Positions 29,805 to 39,148 of a DNA stretch of 64,000 nucleotides are shown piece after piece; the stretch's first letter is position 1, and the number at the start of each line of letters is the position of its first letter. Source of the stretch: Candidatus Moraniibacteriota bacterium (lineage in GTDB: Bacteria; Patescibacteriota; Minisyncoccia; Moranbacterales; UBA1568); the NCBI GenBank assembly GCA_030648835.1, contig JAUSGT010000002.1, positions 309,458-373,457 on the forward strand, read 5' to 3'. Under the pieces are notes generated by a model, which saw only the letters and a program-made list of their open reading frames with translations, ran no database searches and was not told where the DNA came from. The position numbers and the translations under genes were made by a program.

Positions 29805-30605
29805 TCAAGAATTGGGGCTACAGGGGATGATTGGGAAATTGCCTATCCACTCATGGATGGCTTTTGTATAGGTGGGAGTGACTTTGGTCAAGAAAAATTC
29901 GCGCTGGGAGTCACGAGCGAGGACCTCTTCTATTTCCGCGTGTCTGACGAGATAACTTTTTAGTTTCTCTGGAATAATTTCTTCTTGGGCCAGGATATGC
30001 AAGTCGGGGAAAGCCTCACGCAGCTTAACTTTAAGAAGCCCATAGTGGGTGCATCCCAATATGAGCGTATCCGGATGAGACGGAAGGATTTTGTTTCGGA
30101 TGAGAGCAACCGCTTCTTCCTCAGCTTTTTGAAGCAGGCTTTGTTCGATGAGCGGGACAAGGGTGGGGGTGGCAAGAGTGATGACGTTGATTTGAGAATC
30201 AAGTTTCGAGAGTTCGCGATTGTATTTATCGGAATGAATGGTACGTTCGGTACCGATGATAGCTACCGTTTTAGATTTGTTAGTGATGACCGTTTCGACG
30301 GTAGGAATAATGACACCAAGTACTTTGCGATCGGGAAAAAATTCGGGAAGAAATTCATTTTGGATACGCCTGAGCGCTGTGACGGAGGCGGTGTTGCAGG
30401 CAAAGACTACCAGCTTACAGTCATGGTCAAAAAGCATTTGAAGGCTTTTCTTAACGAGCGTATATATTTCATCATCATTTTTTGTTCCGTACGGAACATT
30501 GACGGTATCGCCGAGGAAAACATAGTGATAGGCAGGCAGTTCTTGTATGACATGTCGTAAAACAAAGAGTCCGCCCAGACCTGAATCGAAAAATCCGATA
30601 TTCAT
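29805..30605 (-). CDS. murI: Glutamate racemase
   Basis: FDSGLGG, PYG.K, ACNTAS, LGCTHY. Confidence 0.96.
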   Translation of the reverse strand: MNIGFFDSGLGGLFVLRHVIQELPAYHYVFLGDTVNVPYGTKNDDEIYTLVKKSLQMLFDHDCKLVVFACNTASVTALRRIQNEFLPEFFPDRKVLGVIIPTVETVITNKSKTVAIIGTERTIHSDKYNRELSKLDSQINVITLATPTLVPLIEQSLLQKAEEEAVALIRNKILPSHPDTLILGCTHYGLLKVKLREAFPDLHILAQEEIIPEKLKSYLVRHAEIEEVLARDSQREFFLTKVTPTYTKAIHEWIGNFPIIPCSPNS

Positions 30606-30699
30606 CCCGTTAGAGATTATTATTTACTAAGCTATGATTTACAAGTCCAAAGCATATTTCCAGAACGAATCTTAAATCGTGAAGCAATCTCTAACGGGA
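30605..30699. mobile_element. MITE, 95 bp, inserted at the murI start codon
   Basis: TIR TCCCGTTAGAGATT/AATCTCTAACGGGA; TTCA duplicated at 30601-04 and 30700-03. Confidence 0.75.
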
Positions 30700-30727
30700 T
30701 TCATATCTTTTGAGAAGTTACTTGAGG

Positions 30728-30860
30728 GTGCGCTCGGCAGAGAATCGGTCACAAATATTTTTCCTGACGGAAAAGTTTTTCGACTGCAGCGTTCCGACTT
30801 TCGATGCCTGACGTAAGTGAAGCAGCTCACTTACTCCTCAGCTCACTCACTTCATTCGTG
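30728..30860 (-). repeat. tRNA-tail element on tRNA-Arg(CCG)
   Basis: Duplicated 3' end at 30728-30747; anti-T-arm at 30800-30810; first hairpin homologous to 33730-33791. Confidence 0.75.
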
Positions 30861-30932
30861 TGCGCTCGGCAGGAATCGAACCTGCATTTCATCCTTCGGA
30901 GGGATGTGTCTTATCCATTATACGACGAGCGC
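30861..30932 (-). tRNA. tRNA-Arg(CCG)
   Basis: Cloverleaf, anticodon loop CT-CCG-AA. Confidence 0.92.
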
Positions 30933-31037
30933 GTAGCTTTCTTATACTAGCAATAAAAACCATTTAGGCAAAAGAAATGGGCCACGAGCAGGAATGTTGC
31001 CTGCAAGAGCCCAGTGTGATGAGTGGCGTGTGGTTCG

Positions 31038-31400
31038 TCATTGTTCTCTCACAAAGATGTTATAGCTGATTATGACGTTACCTCGTTTCAATCCTGTCAC
31101 CATGAGGTGAGCAAACTTTTTTTCTTTTTGACAGCGATATTTGACAAAAAAGGGAGTGTTGAAAAAACCGGGGCCTTTGTACGAAAGACAAATTGTCTCG
31201 CTGAGTGCTTTTTCTATGTGTGGTATCACCTCATTTTGCGAAAGTTCGACTATCTTGTCATTGCGTCCTGCGAAGCAGCTCCCGCCTAGGTTTGAGGCCA
31301 TGCTTTTTATTTCTACCTTAAATCCAGTGATGGAGCTGAGGAAAACCTCAAAAGTTTGGCGGTTCAGGCGTGATGTCGTGGTAGCGGGCCCGTAAATCAT
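31038..31400 (-). CDS. Hypothetical protein (start uncertain)
   Basis: Open frame; the longer predicted 5' part runs through a repeat. Confidence 0.4.
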   Translation of the reverse strand: MIYGPATTTSRLNRQTFEVFLSSITGFKVEIKSMASNLGGSCFAGRNDKIVELSQNEVIPHIEKALSETICLSYKGPGFFNTPFFVKYRCQKEKKFAHLMVTGLKRGNVIISYNIFVREQ

Positions 31401-31575
31401 CTCATCAGGATTCACTTTGTATTCCTTTGTTAAAGAGTGTGTATTCCCCCAATTATTTCTCGAGAAAGATTTCTTTGTGCGCTTGGCCCTCCTTCGTAAA
31501 ACTTCGGACGGGCGGGCAGGAAATTTCTTTGACAACTTCAAGTTTTTCTTTAGCGGCGCTATAAATCAGAAATAT

Positions 31576-32061
31576 TTATGTTGGATAAATTATTTGTTTT
31601 GCCAGAAAAAGATTTCGTGTACAGATATAAATGAGAGCAAAATCAAAGCCAATTGCCGTAGCATAATTGAAATAGTTCCAATAATTGGAATGGGAAAAAT
31701 AGTCAAATAGTTTTAAATTTGAATCAAAAAGAAATGGGTGGAAATTATTTGTCAGAGAAATTACTACGAAGAAGCCAATAAGGATCGCGTAATATTTATT
31801 GCGAGGGAAATTAATAATCAGATGAAAAATATAAACCAAAACCAATAATGTACTAAAAGCTGACAAGATTCCATATGGCATTCCGTATCCGGTGTAAAAA
31901 ATGGTGTGTATGATAGCCAAAAAGAAAGTGTTACCATTAATAGCCATTGACAAGCCAAAAACGGTTAGTAGGCCTCCCAAAAAAATCCATAGAGAATGTA
32001 AAACATAAATTGAAGCAATAATGCTCACTGCGACATCAGTTATCATTAAGATTTTTTTCAT
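31576..32061 (-). CDS. Hypothetical AT-rich membrane protein
   Basis: Several TM segments, low GC. Confidence 0.6.
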   Translation of the reverse strand: MKKILMITDVAVSIIASIYVLHSLWIFLGGLLTVFGLSMAINGNTFFLAIIHTIFYTGYGMPYGILSAFSTLLVLVYIFHLIINFPRNKYYAILIGFFVVISLTNNFHPFLFDSNLKLFDYFSHSNYWNYFNYATAIGFDFALIYICTRNLFLAKQIIYPT

Positions 32062-32170
32062 AATTTTATATTCTTAATTTATAAAAAACAACTTCGATTC
32101 TATGGTTAAAAGTTTTTCCCCTTAAAGTTAAAAAATATGGCCTGAGCGTGCGGAGTGCATACCCGCTCTT

Positions 32171-32623
32171 TTACAATTTAGATTGCCTTTTAGCTGCAAA
32201 ATATTCTATAGCACCTTTGATAAGTAGGACGATCCCCAATGGAATAGAAATAAATGATACGAAGAAAATTATTGTGCCTATAAACTCGAATAGGGAATTA
32301 ACTAAAGATGTCGGCTCAACGGAGTAAGTTGGAGGTGCTGAAAGTAAAGAAAGAATGGTCATCAAGAGATCAGGGACAAATATTAATGCAACACTAGGCC
32401 AAATGATACGCTTTGCTTGTTTGGGGTCATAGACAGTATCGGTGTCCGTCCCCTCTTTCTTCGAGAAAAGAAAACTTATAGCAGCAACCGCGGCGACTGT
32501 TAGACCTATAGGAAACGTAAAGAACACCATGAATGATATGTCTTGTTCTTGAAATAATAATTCTCGCAAGAACGGCCAGAATGCAAAAAGAAATCCACCA
32601 TAAACCCACATTCTTCGAGTCAT
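32171..32623 (-). CDS. Hypothetical AT-rich membrane protein
   Basis: About four TM segments, low GC. Confidence 0.6.
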   Translation of the reverse strand: MTRRMWVYGGFLFAFWPFLRELLFQEQDISFMVFFTFPIGLTVAAVAAISFLFSKKEGTDTDTVYDPKQAKRIIWPSVALIFVPDLLMTILSLLSAPPTYSVEPTSLVNSLFEFIGTIIFFVSFISIPLGIVLLIKGAIEYFAAKRQSKL

Positions 32624-32872
32624 AAAGAGTAGGTGATAAGTAATTTTGTAATTGTATGCATAAAAAATGTTCTCCCCACAAAATGTGAAACCACCAATTC
32701 GTTTTTGTCTCAAAACCCTTTAACTTTTCCTCTTTGGTGCGTTTGGCCCTCCTCCGTAAGACTTCGGACTGGTAAACCCTCCTTCGTAAAACTTCGGACG
32801 GGCGGGCAAGAAACTCCCTCGACTAAACTTCTGTCATTCGTGTTGGCTTCTGCTTCTTTCGTTCGTTAACGT

Positions 32873-32962
32873 TGGCGGAGGCGGAAGGATTCGAACCTTC
32901 GATACCCTTTCGGGCATAACAGTTTTCAAGACTGTCTGTTTCAACCACTCACACACGCCTCC
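32873..32962 (-). tRNA. tRNA-Ser(TGA), CCA encoded
   Basis: Long variable arm, anticodon TGA, G73. Confidence 0.92.
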
Positions 32963-33099
32963 TCTAAACACATTTTCCCTAAATACTTGCCATTTCATCC
33001 TAGCAAGTCGAACACGCTTTGTACAGACTTTTTTCCTCTCAAAAAAACACTGTTTTATGAAAAAATATGCTATAGTAAATAAGAATTAATGCCTTTCAT

Positions 33100-33621
33100 A
33101 TGCCACAAGATTTTTCCTCTGAAATGCCTCAACAAGAACACAACCTCTCTCCCGCCTATGGCGAGGTACTGCTTCATTGGCAAGCTCCGGAACACGAGCC
33201 CTTGGAACTCGGCCCCCGTTCGCGCATCATCGTTACAATTCTCCTTATCGCCATCATCGCCTATGCTCTCTACACCAACAGCCCGCTCATGGCTATCACC
33301 TTCATCCTGATTGGCGTCGTTGGTTACCTCTCGCTTTATCGTGAACCGCGCATTCTTTCTTTTTTTGTTACTGCCAAGGGCATCATTGCCGGTAATGAAT
33401 TCTATGAATTTGACACGCTCCAATCCTTTTTTATCTATACCGATCCGCCATTTGAAAATATCTTGAGCATCCAGACCGCGGGCAAACTTGTCCCCTATGT
33501 GCATATTCCGGCTATGACAGTCGATATCGATGTATTGCGTGATACGCTCGATGAGTTTATCCCCGAAGAAAAGCACGATCCCGGCTTAGTTGACACATTG
33601 GAGAAATTACTGCATATTTAA
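33100..33621 (+). CDS. Hypothetical membrane protein (2 TM plus soluble domain)
   Basis: W.APE motif then two TM helices. Confidence 0.7.
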   Translation: MPQDFSSEMPQQEHNLSPAYGEVLLHWQAPEHEPLELGPRSRIIVTILLIAIIAYALYTNSPLMAITFILIGVVGYLSLYREPRILSFFVTAKGIIAGNEFYEFDTLQSFFIYTDPPFENILSIQTAGKLVPYVHIPAMTVDIDVLRDTLDEFIPEEKHDPGLVDTLEKLLHI

Positions 33622-33656
33622 AAATGCCTTCCAGAGGAAGGCTTTTGGTTTTAAAT

Positions 33657-33729
33657 GCGCTTGTAGCTCAGTGGATAGAGCATCTGGTTGCGGTCCAGAG
33701 GGTCGCAGGTTCGATTCCTGCCAAGCGCA
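33657..33729 (+). tRNA. tRNA-Arg(GCG)
   Basis: Cloverleaf, anticodon loop TT-GCG-GT. Confidence 0.92.
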
Positions 33730-33894
33730 CACGAACGAAGTGAGTGAGCCGAAGAGCGAGTGAACTGTTTCACTCGCGCCAGGAATCGAACGCCGGAGTG
33801 TTATTTCGTCAGGAGACGAAATCACGAGGCGGTGCCTAGACAAACTTTTATGTCGACAAAAGTTTAGTCGAAGGAGTTTCCTGCCAAGCGCACA
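33730..33894 (+). repeat. tRNA-tail element on tRNA-Arg(GCG)
   Basis: 17-bp duplication (33715-33731 = 33878-33894); perfect 12-nt anti-T-arm CAGGAATCGAAC at 33780-33791. Confidence 0.8.
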
Positions 33895-33907
33895 TTTCAA
33901 AAACTTT

Positions 33908-34252
33908 ATGGGCCAAATAACGGGGGATGATTTTGAGAAAGTGGATATTCGCGTCGGAAAGATTATTGAGGTTTTGGATTTTCCGGAGGCGCGTAAGCCG
34001 GCGTATAAGCTGAAAGTTGATTTCGGATCTGAAGTCGGCATCAAACAATCAAGCGTCCAAGCCGTCGGTGCGCACACGAAGGAGGAGCTTCTCGGATCGC
34101 TCGTGTGTTGCGTGGTCAACTTTCCGTCCAAACAGATAGGCCCGTTCACGTCCGAAGTCTTGACACTGGGTTTCAGAAACAACGCAGGCGAGGGATGGAT
34201 TCTTATTGAGCCCAAGAAAACTGCTGTCGATCTCGGTAGCAGACTTGCCTAG
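33908..34252 (+). CDS. csaA: CsaA/Trbp111-like tRNA-binding protein
   Basis: DF.KVDIRVG, ARKPAYKL.VDFG, VVNFP.KQIG.F.SEVL.LG. Confidence 0.88.
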   Translation: MGQITGDDFEKVDIRVGKIIEVLDFPEARKPAYKLKVDFGSEVGIKQSSVQAVGAHTKEELLGSLVCCVVNFPSKQIGPFTSEVLTLGFRNNAGEGWILIEPKKTAVDLGSRLA

Positions 34253-34309
34253 AGGAATAGAAAAACTATTCACCGTTTGAACGAATTTCCAATATTGTTT
34301 TTTGCTTCC

Positions 34310-35233
34310 ATGAAAGATTATTTTCCAATCAGAACCTCATCAGCTTTCGGCGTGCTGGAGCTGGTGTTGGCTTCTCTCATTCGCGGCTTTCAGGGGTTTT
34401 TCGTGCGTGTTACGGAGTGGACTCCGAATCATATCATTCCACTTGCTTTTTTTCGTTTATCTGTACCAGCAGCATTAATATATGTTTACCTATTCCTTAC
34501 TGGTAGACGAATACGAGGGATTTTTACCAAAGAAAAGCTGCCTCTGCATCTTATCTCGCTTCTTACAGCCATCAGGATGAGTTTTTTCTTTCTTGGCTAC
34601 GCCTACGCGGATTTGTCGAGTGCGACGCTTATATTTTTTGCCTCTGGGATTTTTATCACTCTTCTGGAGCCATTTTTTTTGAAAGAAAAGTTTTCTCGGC
34701 AAACACTGTGGCTGGCTCTTTTGGGATTTGTTGGTATCGCTTTTGTTTTTCTTGATCAAACCATATCGCTAAAAAGCGCGGGTTTTATCGGATTGGTCTT
34801 TATGGGCATTTCTTGTTTTTTGGTGATTTTTGAAAATATATGTAAGAAGAGTTTCATTGGACGAGCCTCAAATTTCGAGTGGGTCTTTTACCAGGGTTTT
34901 GTCAGCTCTCTTTTTCTTTCTGTCACTCTTTTCTTTTTTCCGCTTCCGGATGCCAGGGCATTTTTGTGGATTATGGCATTTGCTCTCATAATAGGGATAG
35001 GCGCTTTCGTGCTGGATATGTCTGCTATCCGTAAAGTACGGATTTCCGATTTATCCGTTGTCCGTTACGTCGAGCCGATTGCGACCATGTGTGTCGGATT
35101 CTTCCTGTATAACGAGGCGATAACTATGAACAAGTTGATCGGAGCGGTCCTTATTTTTTCATCCGTATACTTTGTTTTTAAGAAGCAGTCTATCCAGCGT
35201 ATGGAGCAAGAAATGAGTAATGTACCGCGCTAA
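34310..35233 (+). CDS. DMT/EamA family transporter
   Basis: About 10 TM; FLKEK and EPI motifs. Confidence 0.8.
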   Translation: MKDYFPIRTSSAFGVLELVLASLIRGFQGFFVRVTEWTPNHIIPLAFFRLSVPAALIYVYLFLTGRRIRGIFTKEKLPLHLISLLTAIRMSFFFLGYAYADLSSATLIFFASGIFITLLEPFFLKEKFSRQTLWLALLGFVGIAFVFLDQTISLKSAGFIGLVFMGISCFLVIFENICKKSFIGRASNFEWVFYQGFVSSLFLSVTLFFFPLPDARAFLWIMAFALIIGIGAFVLDMSAIRKVRISDLSVVRYVEPIATMCVGFFLYNEAITMNKLIGAVLIFSSVYFVFKKQSIQRMEQEMSNVPR

Positions 35234-35243
35234 TTGTTTTTTT

Positions 35244-36098
35244 ATGGAGTTTTCTTGGTTTCCATTTTCTCTTGTTGCCACATTGTTTTTTGGTGTGGCA
35301 ATGGCTTTTTATAAACTCCCTTCAGCAAAAAATCACAATCGGTTTGTGGTCACTTTCTGGTCAATGACAATTCCGACTGTTTTAGCTTTTGCGTTTTTCC
35401 ATTCATATCTTTTTTTGAGTACGGGAGAGATGGTGGGGACGGCGCTTTTATGGGGAGTTACATTTGCTTGTATCGTCCTTCTCCAGATGTATGCGCTTCA
35501 CCATATTGATACCAATGTCTTGTTTCCTATTACCACGACTGCAAGCCTCATTATCACCGTTCTTATAGGAATACTTTTCTTTGGTGAACATATTTCTTCT
35601 ATTCAAACTCTTGGCGTCATTCTCGCAATCGTTACAATACTTTTGTTTCTTTACAAAGGCGGAAAACTTCAGTATTCTCGACTCCTCATTGGCGTCGGTT
35701 CCGGCATTGTTTTCATATCCGCCTTCAATAAAGTCTTGCAAAAAATCGTTGCTGACAGATTTGATATTCATGCTTTTCAAATTTATCAATATCTTTTCGC
35801 AGCAATATTTTCTTTACTGGTTTATTTGATTCTTCATCGGCGAGATTGGAAAACTCATATTTTTTCCGGCGGACTCGGCATCGGAAGCTTGATAGGTGTC
35901 TTTAGTTTTTTTGGTGGCTACTCGCTTTATCTAGCTCTCACAAAAGGCCCATTCTCACTGATTACTTCCATCCACTCACTTTATATTTTGATAACGGCAT
36001 TGACCGCGTATTTTCTTTTTCAGGAAAAGTTGACCCTTAAAAAGATTTTACTTCTCTTTCTTGCTATCGTTGCTGTGGTTCTCATTCGTATCGGATAA
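35244..36098 (+). CDS. DMT/EamA family transporter
   Basis: About 10 TM; FFGE and FQEK helix ends. Confidence 0.8.
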   Translation: MEFSWFPFSLVATLFFGVAMAFYKLPSAKNHNRFVVTFWSMTIPTVLAFAFFHSYLFLSTGEMVGTALLWGVTFACIVLLQMYALHHIDTNVLFPITTTASLIITVLIGILFFGEHISSIQTLGVILAIVTILLFLYKGGKLQYSRLLIGVGSGIVFISAFNKVLQKIVADRFDIHAFQIYQYLFAAIFSLLVYLILHRRDWKTHIFSGGLGIGSLIGVFSFFGGYSLYLALTKGPFSLITSIHSLYILITALTAYFLFQEKLTLKKILLLFLAIVAVVLIRIG

Positions 36099-36118
36099 AT
36101 GTTGTTACAAATGAAGGT

Positions 36119-36850
36119 ATGAAAAAATTGTTGCTTATCATAATCGGCATCTTGATACTTGGAGTGGTTGGTTTTGTGTTGTTTGGGAAGAAACAGCCAG
36201 TGCAGGTCGGATGTACGATGGAGGCCAAGGTTTGTCCGGATGGGTCGGCGGTGGGACGCAGTGGTCCAACTTGCGAATTTGCACCGTGTCCCGATGTCTC
36301 GACGAAAACACCAACGGATGCGTCATCAAAAATAAGCGCACCGGAATTTGTGGCACCCCTTGAGAGAGCAGGAGAGCGTGTGACGAAAAAACCATTTGGC
36401 ATTTTTATCGATCCCAAGACGTCGCCGATCCAACCGGAGAAATTTCGAGGCTACCATACCGGAACAGATTTTGAGACTTTTCCGGAAGAAGCGAAGAGTG
36501 ATGTCCCTGTCCGTGCGATTTGTAGTGGTTCGCTTGAAACAAAACGCAGTGCGACAGGATATGGCGGAGTGGTTGTACAAAAATGCGAATTCAAAAATGA
36601 ACTAATCACAGTCATTTATGGGCATATGCGACTGACAAGCGTCGAAGCAGCTATCGGAAAAGATATAGCGGCCGGCGATATTATTGGTGTCTTGGGTACA
36701 GGTGGGAGCAAGGAGACCGATGGCGAGCGCAAGCATTTACATCTGGGGATTCACAAAGGGAACATGGTGAATATCCGCGGCTATATCGCTTCAAAATCAG
36801 AGCTCAGTGAGTGGCTCGATGCCTGCCAGCTTTTCAGCTGTTCTTTGTAG
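36119..36850 (+). CDS. M23 peptidase with N-terminal anchor and Cys-rich motif
   Basis: CTMEAKVCPDGS.VGR.GP.CEFAPCP; HTGTD, YGH, HLHLG. Confidence 0.85.
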   Translation: MKKLLLIIIGILILGVVGFVLFGKKQPVQVGCTMEAKVCPDGSAVGRSGPTCEFAPCPDVSTKTPTDASSKISAPEFVAPLERAGERVTKKPFGIFIDPKTSPIQPEKFRGYHTGTDFETFPEEAKSDVPVRAICSGSLETKRSATGYGGVVVQKCEFKNELITVIYGHMRLTSVEAAIGKDIAAGDIIGVLGTGGSKETDGERKHLHLGIHKGNMVNIRGYIASKSELSEWLDACQLFSCSL

Positions 36851-36913
36851 ACGAAAGCCTTTTAAAAATGCAGCGAGGGGGAAGTAAGTATACTCCCGCC
36901 CTCTAATTTCTGC

Positions 36914-37057
36914 TTAGTAGCGCCACCAGTGAGCGAAGTCGCTTTGCGTTTCTTGCCACCAGTTGATGACGATTCTCCGAAAGCAGAAACGCATGTGTCT
37001 GAACTCGCGGCGCGCTTTTTCGAAGGTCGTTACCTTTCGTAACGAATTGTATTTCAT
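36914..37057 (-). CDS. Small 47-aa ORF (below the ORF-track cutoff)
   Basis: GAGGAG SD then MKYNSLRKVTTFEKARREFRHMRFCFRRIVINWWQETQSDFAHWWRY, followed by a stem-loop. Confidence 0.5.
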   Translation of the reverse strand: MKYNSLRKVTTFEKARREFRHMRFCFRRIVINWWQETQSDFAHWWRY

Positions 37058-37210
37058 CTCTTTCTCCTCTCGCGGTCGGATTGCTGATAATGCTATTATA
37101 GCATGTCAGGGAGGGACCGAAGGAAATCGAGAGTACCTTTTTTGACTACAGTCAAGTAAAAAAATAGTGGTGTATAATAAATTTGTAAGAAAGATCTTAT
37201 AAATAGAAAT

Positions 37211-37798
37211 ATGGAGATACAGAGACCGCTATCAAGACAGCCGATACCGGATGACGCGAAATGCGTGTTCAAAGGTACGATGTTTGATGTGTATCAGTGG
37301 GAGCAGAGATTATTTAATGGGAGCAAAGCAATTTTTGAAAAAGTGAAACGTCCTGATACCGTCGTCGTTTTTCCTATCCTTCCGGATGGAAAAATTCTTC
37401 TGACGGAGCAGGAGCAGCCGGGCAAAGAGCCTTTCATCGGTGCGACGGGTGGGCGCGTGGACGAAGGCGAGGATGTTATGGCAGCAGCCAAGAGGGAATT
37501 ACTGGAAGAAAGCGGCTACGAGGCAGAGCAGTATATCTTGTGGCACGCGGAGCAGCCGGTAAGCAAGATGGAATGGGCGGTCTATGTTTTTATCGCGAAA
37601 GGATTGAAAAAAGTGGCAGGCCTTGATCTTGATGGGGGAGAGAAAATCACTCTGAAGCCCGTGACCTTCGACGAATTCATCGATCTTGGTACGCAGGAGA
37701 ATTTTTCGGAAAAAGAAATCGTTTTCAAGTTGTTGGAGGCTAAAGTCTACCCGGAAAAGAAAGAGGAACTACAAAAATTATTTGATGCAATCTTATGA
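37211..37798 (+). CDS. NUDIX hydrolase
   Basis: Nudix box GGRVDEGEDVMAAAKRELLEESG. Confidence 0.92.
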   Translation: MEIQRPLSRQPIPDDAKCVFKGTMFDVYQWEQRLFNGSKAIFEKVKRPDTVVVFPILPDGKILLTEQEQPGKEPFIGATGGRVDEGEDVMAAAKRELLEESGYEAEQYILWHAEQPVSKMEWAVYVFIAKGLKKVAGLDLDGGEKITLKPVTFDEFIDLGTQENFSEKEIVFKLLEAKVYPEKKEELQKLFDAIL

Positions 37799-38178
37799 AA
37801 ACGATCCTTGCCGATGCGGTGTATGCGTTCGTATCGGATAAAGGAGAAATATTTCAGCCGTTGTTTGAGCTGATGGAAAAATACCCGAATCGGAAAATTA
37901 TCTTGACGGGAGCCGACGACGAGCAGCACAAGGCATTTGGTTTGGACAAGATGCCGTATGAAGTTTTTACCTTGAAGCATAATCCGGAGAAGACCGATCC
38001 GGCGTATTACGAGAAGATGCTGCAGCGCTTCGGTTTAGGGAAAGAGAATGTTGTTTATTTTGAACACAATTTGGATGCGGTAAAAAGCGCCCAGTCCGTC
38101 GGCATCAAATCGTATCATTACGATCAGGAGAAAAAAGATTTGGTTGGTCTGAAAAATTTTCTGGATGAAAATCTCTAG
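37795..38178 (+). CDS. Short HAD-like protein
   Basis: ILAD, P.K.DP..Y, YFEH...V..A..VG pattern. Confidence 0.6.
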   Translation: MKTILADAVYAFVSDKGEIFQPLFELMEKYPNRKIILTGADDEQHKAFGLDKMPYEVFTLKHNPEKTDPAYYEKMLQRFGLGKENVVYFEHNLDAVKSAQSVGIKSYHYDQEKKDLVGLKNFLDENL

Positions 38179-38182
38179 CGCT

Positions 38183-38527
38183 ATGCCGAAAGATGAATCG
38201 TTTCATGAGTACGTCGTTGATCTGCTTCGGAATTTTCCCGGGATTACCAGCCGAGGAATGTTTAGCGGATGGGCGCTGTATCAGGATGGTATAGTCTTCG
38301 CTCTCATTGCCGAGGGCGAGCTGTATTTCAAGTCGGATAAAAGTATTCAAATTTACTTTGAACAGGCGGACAGCCACCCGTTTGTTTATATGCGGAAAGA
38401 TTCCAAACCAATCACTCTAGCGTATTGGTCAGTGCCGGAGGAAGTATTGGAAGATGAAGAGGCACTTTCGTTGTGGACAGAGCGTTCGGTAGAAGCGAGT
38501 AAACGAGCCGGGAAAACCAAGGAGTAA
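38183..38527 (+). CDS. TfoX/Sxy N-terminal domain protein
   Basis: R.MF.G..LY.DG..FALI...LYFK, PF.Y, YW.VPEE. Confidence 0.85.
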   Translation: MPKDESFHEYVVDLLRNFPGITSRGMFSGWALYQDGIVFALIAEGELYFKSDKSIQIYFEQADSHPFVYMRKDSKPITLAYWSVPEEVLEDEEALSLWTERSVEASKRAGKTKE

Positions 38528-38615
38528 GAAAGGAAGAAAGGCGGCTTCCAAAGAACAGCTTTTTGCTGTATACTAGGGAGGTTCTTTTTTTAATCATTTT
38601 TAATACTACAAACCT

Positions 38616-39137
38616 ATGGAAAAAATATCCATGTACAATGTGACGGTGCCAAACTTTGTGAGAGTGCTCGGAAATCTGAAAAATATTTTGGTGAAGGCAC
38701 AAGCTTGGGCCGAAGAAAAGAAGATCGACGAAACGACTCTTTTGGGCGCGCGCTTGGCGTTGGATCAGTTTTCTTTCGTGAAACAGGTGCAGGTCGCGTC
38801 GGACAATGCCAAAGGCACGGCCGCCCGGCTCATCGGAGCCGAATCACCGATGATGGAGGATAACGAACAAACCATTGCCGCACTTGTGGAACGTATCGAA
38901 AAAACCATTGCCTATTTACAGACACTCAAACCCGAGCAATTCGAGGGGAGTGAGGAACGCCAGGTGACGCTCAAATATTTTCCGGGCAAGTACATACTCG
39001 GTTTGGACTACGTGAACGGATACGGACTGCCGAATTTTTATTTCCACGTGAATGTCGCTTATTCAATCCTTAGACACTACGGATTGTCCATCGGCAAGGC
39101 GGACTATATTGGAGACCTGCCTTTCAAGAATTTGTAA
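38616..39137 (+). CDS. DUF1993 family protein
   Basis: L.ARL..D, QVQ.ASD.AK, LPNFYFH...AY.ILRH.G..IGK.DY. Confidence 0.88.
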   Translation: MEKISMYNVTVPNFVRVLGNLKNILVKAQAWAEEKKIDETTLLGARLALDQFSFVKQVQVASDNAKGTAARLIGAESPMMEDNEQTIAALVERIEKTIAYLQTLKPEQFEGSEERQVTLKYFPGKYILGLDYVNGYGLPNFYFHVNVAYSILRHYGLSIGKADYIGDLPFKNL

Positions 39138-39148
39138 TATTGTCTGTT

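Noticed and set aside
30672-30704. Upstream ATG giving an N-terminally extended MurI through the MITE
   Set aside because: It is in frame (99 bp upstream) but hits TAA after 10 codons.
33657-33894. tRNA tails as group I or group II introns
   Set aside because: They are too short, lack recognisable catalytic core motifs, and the upstream tRNA is already complete.
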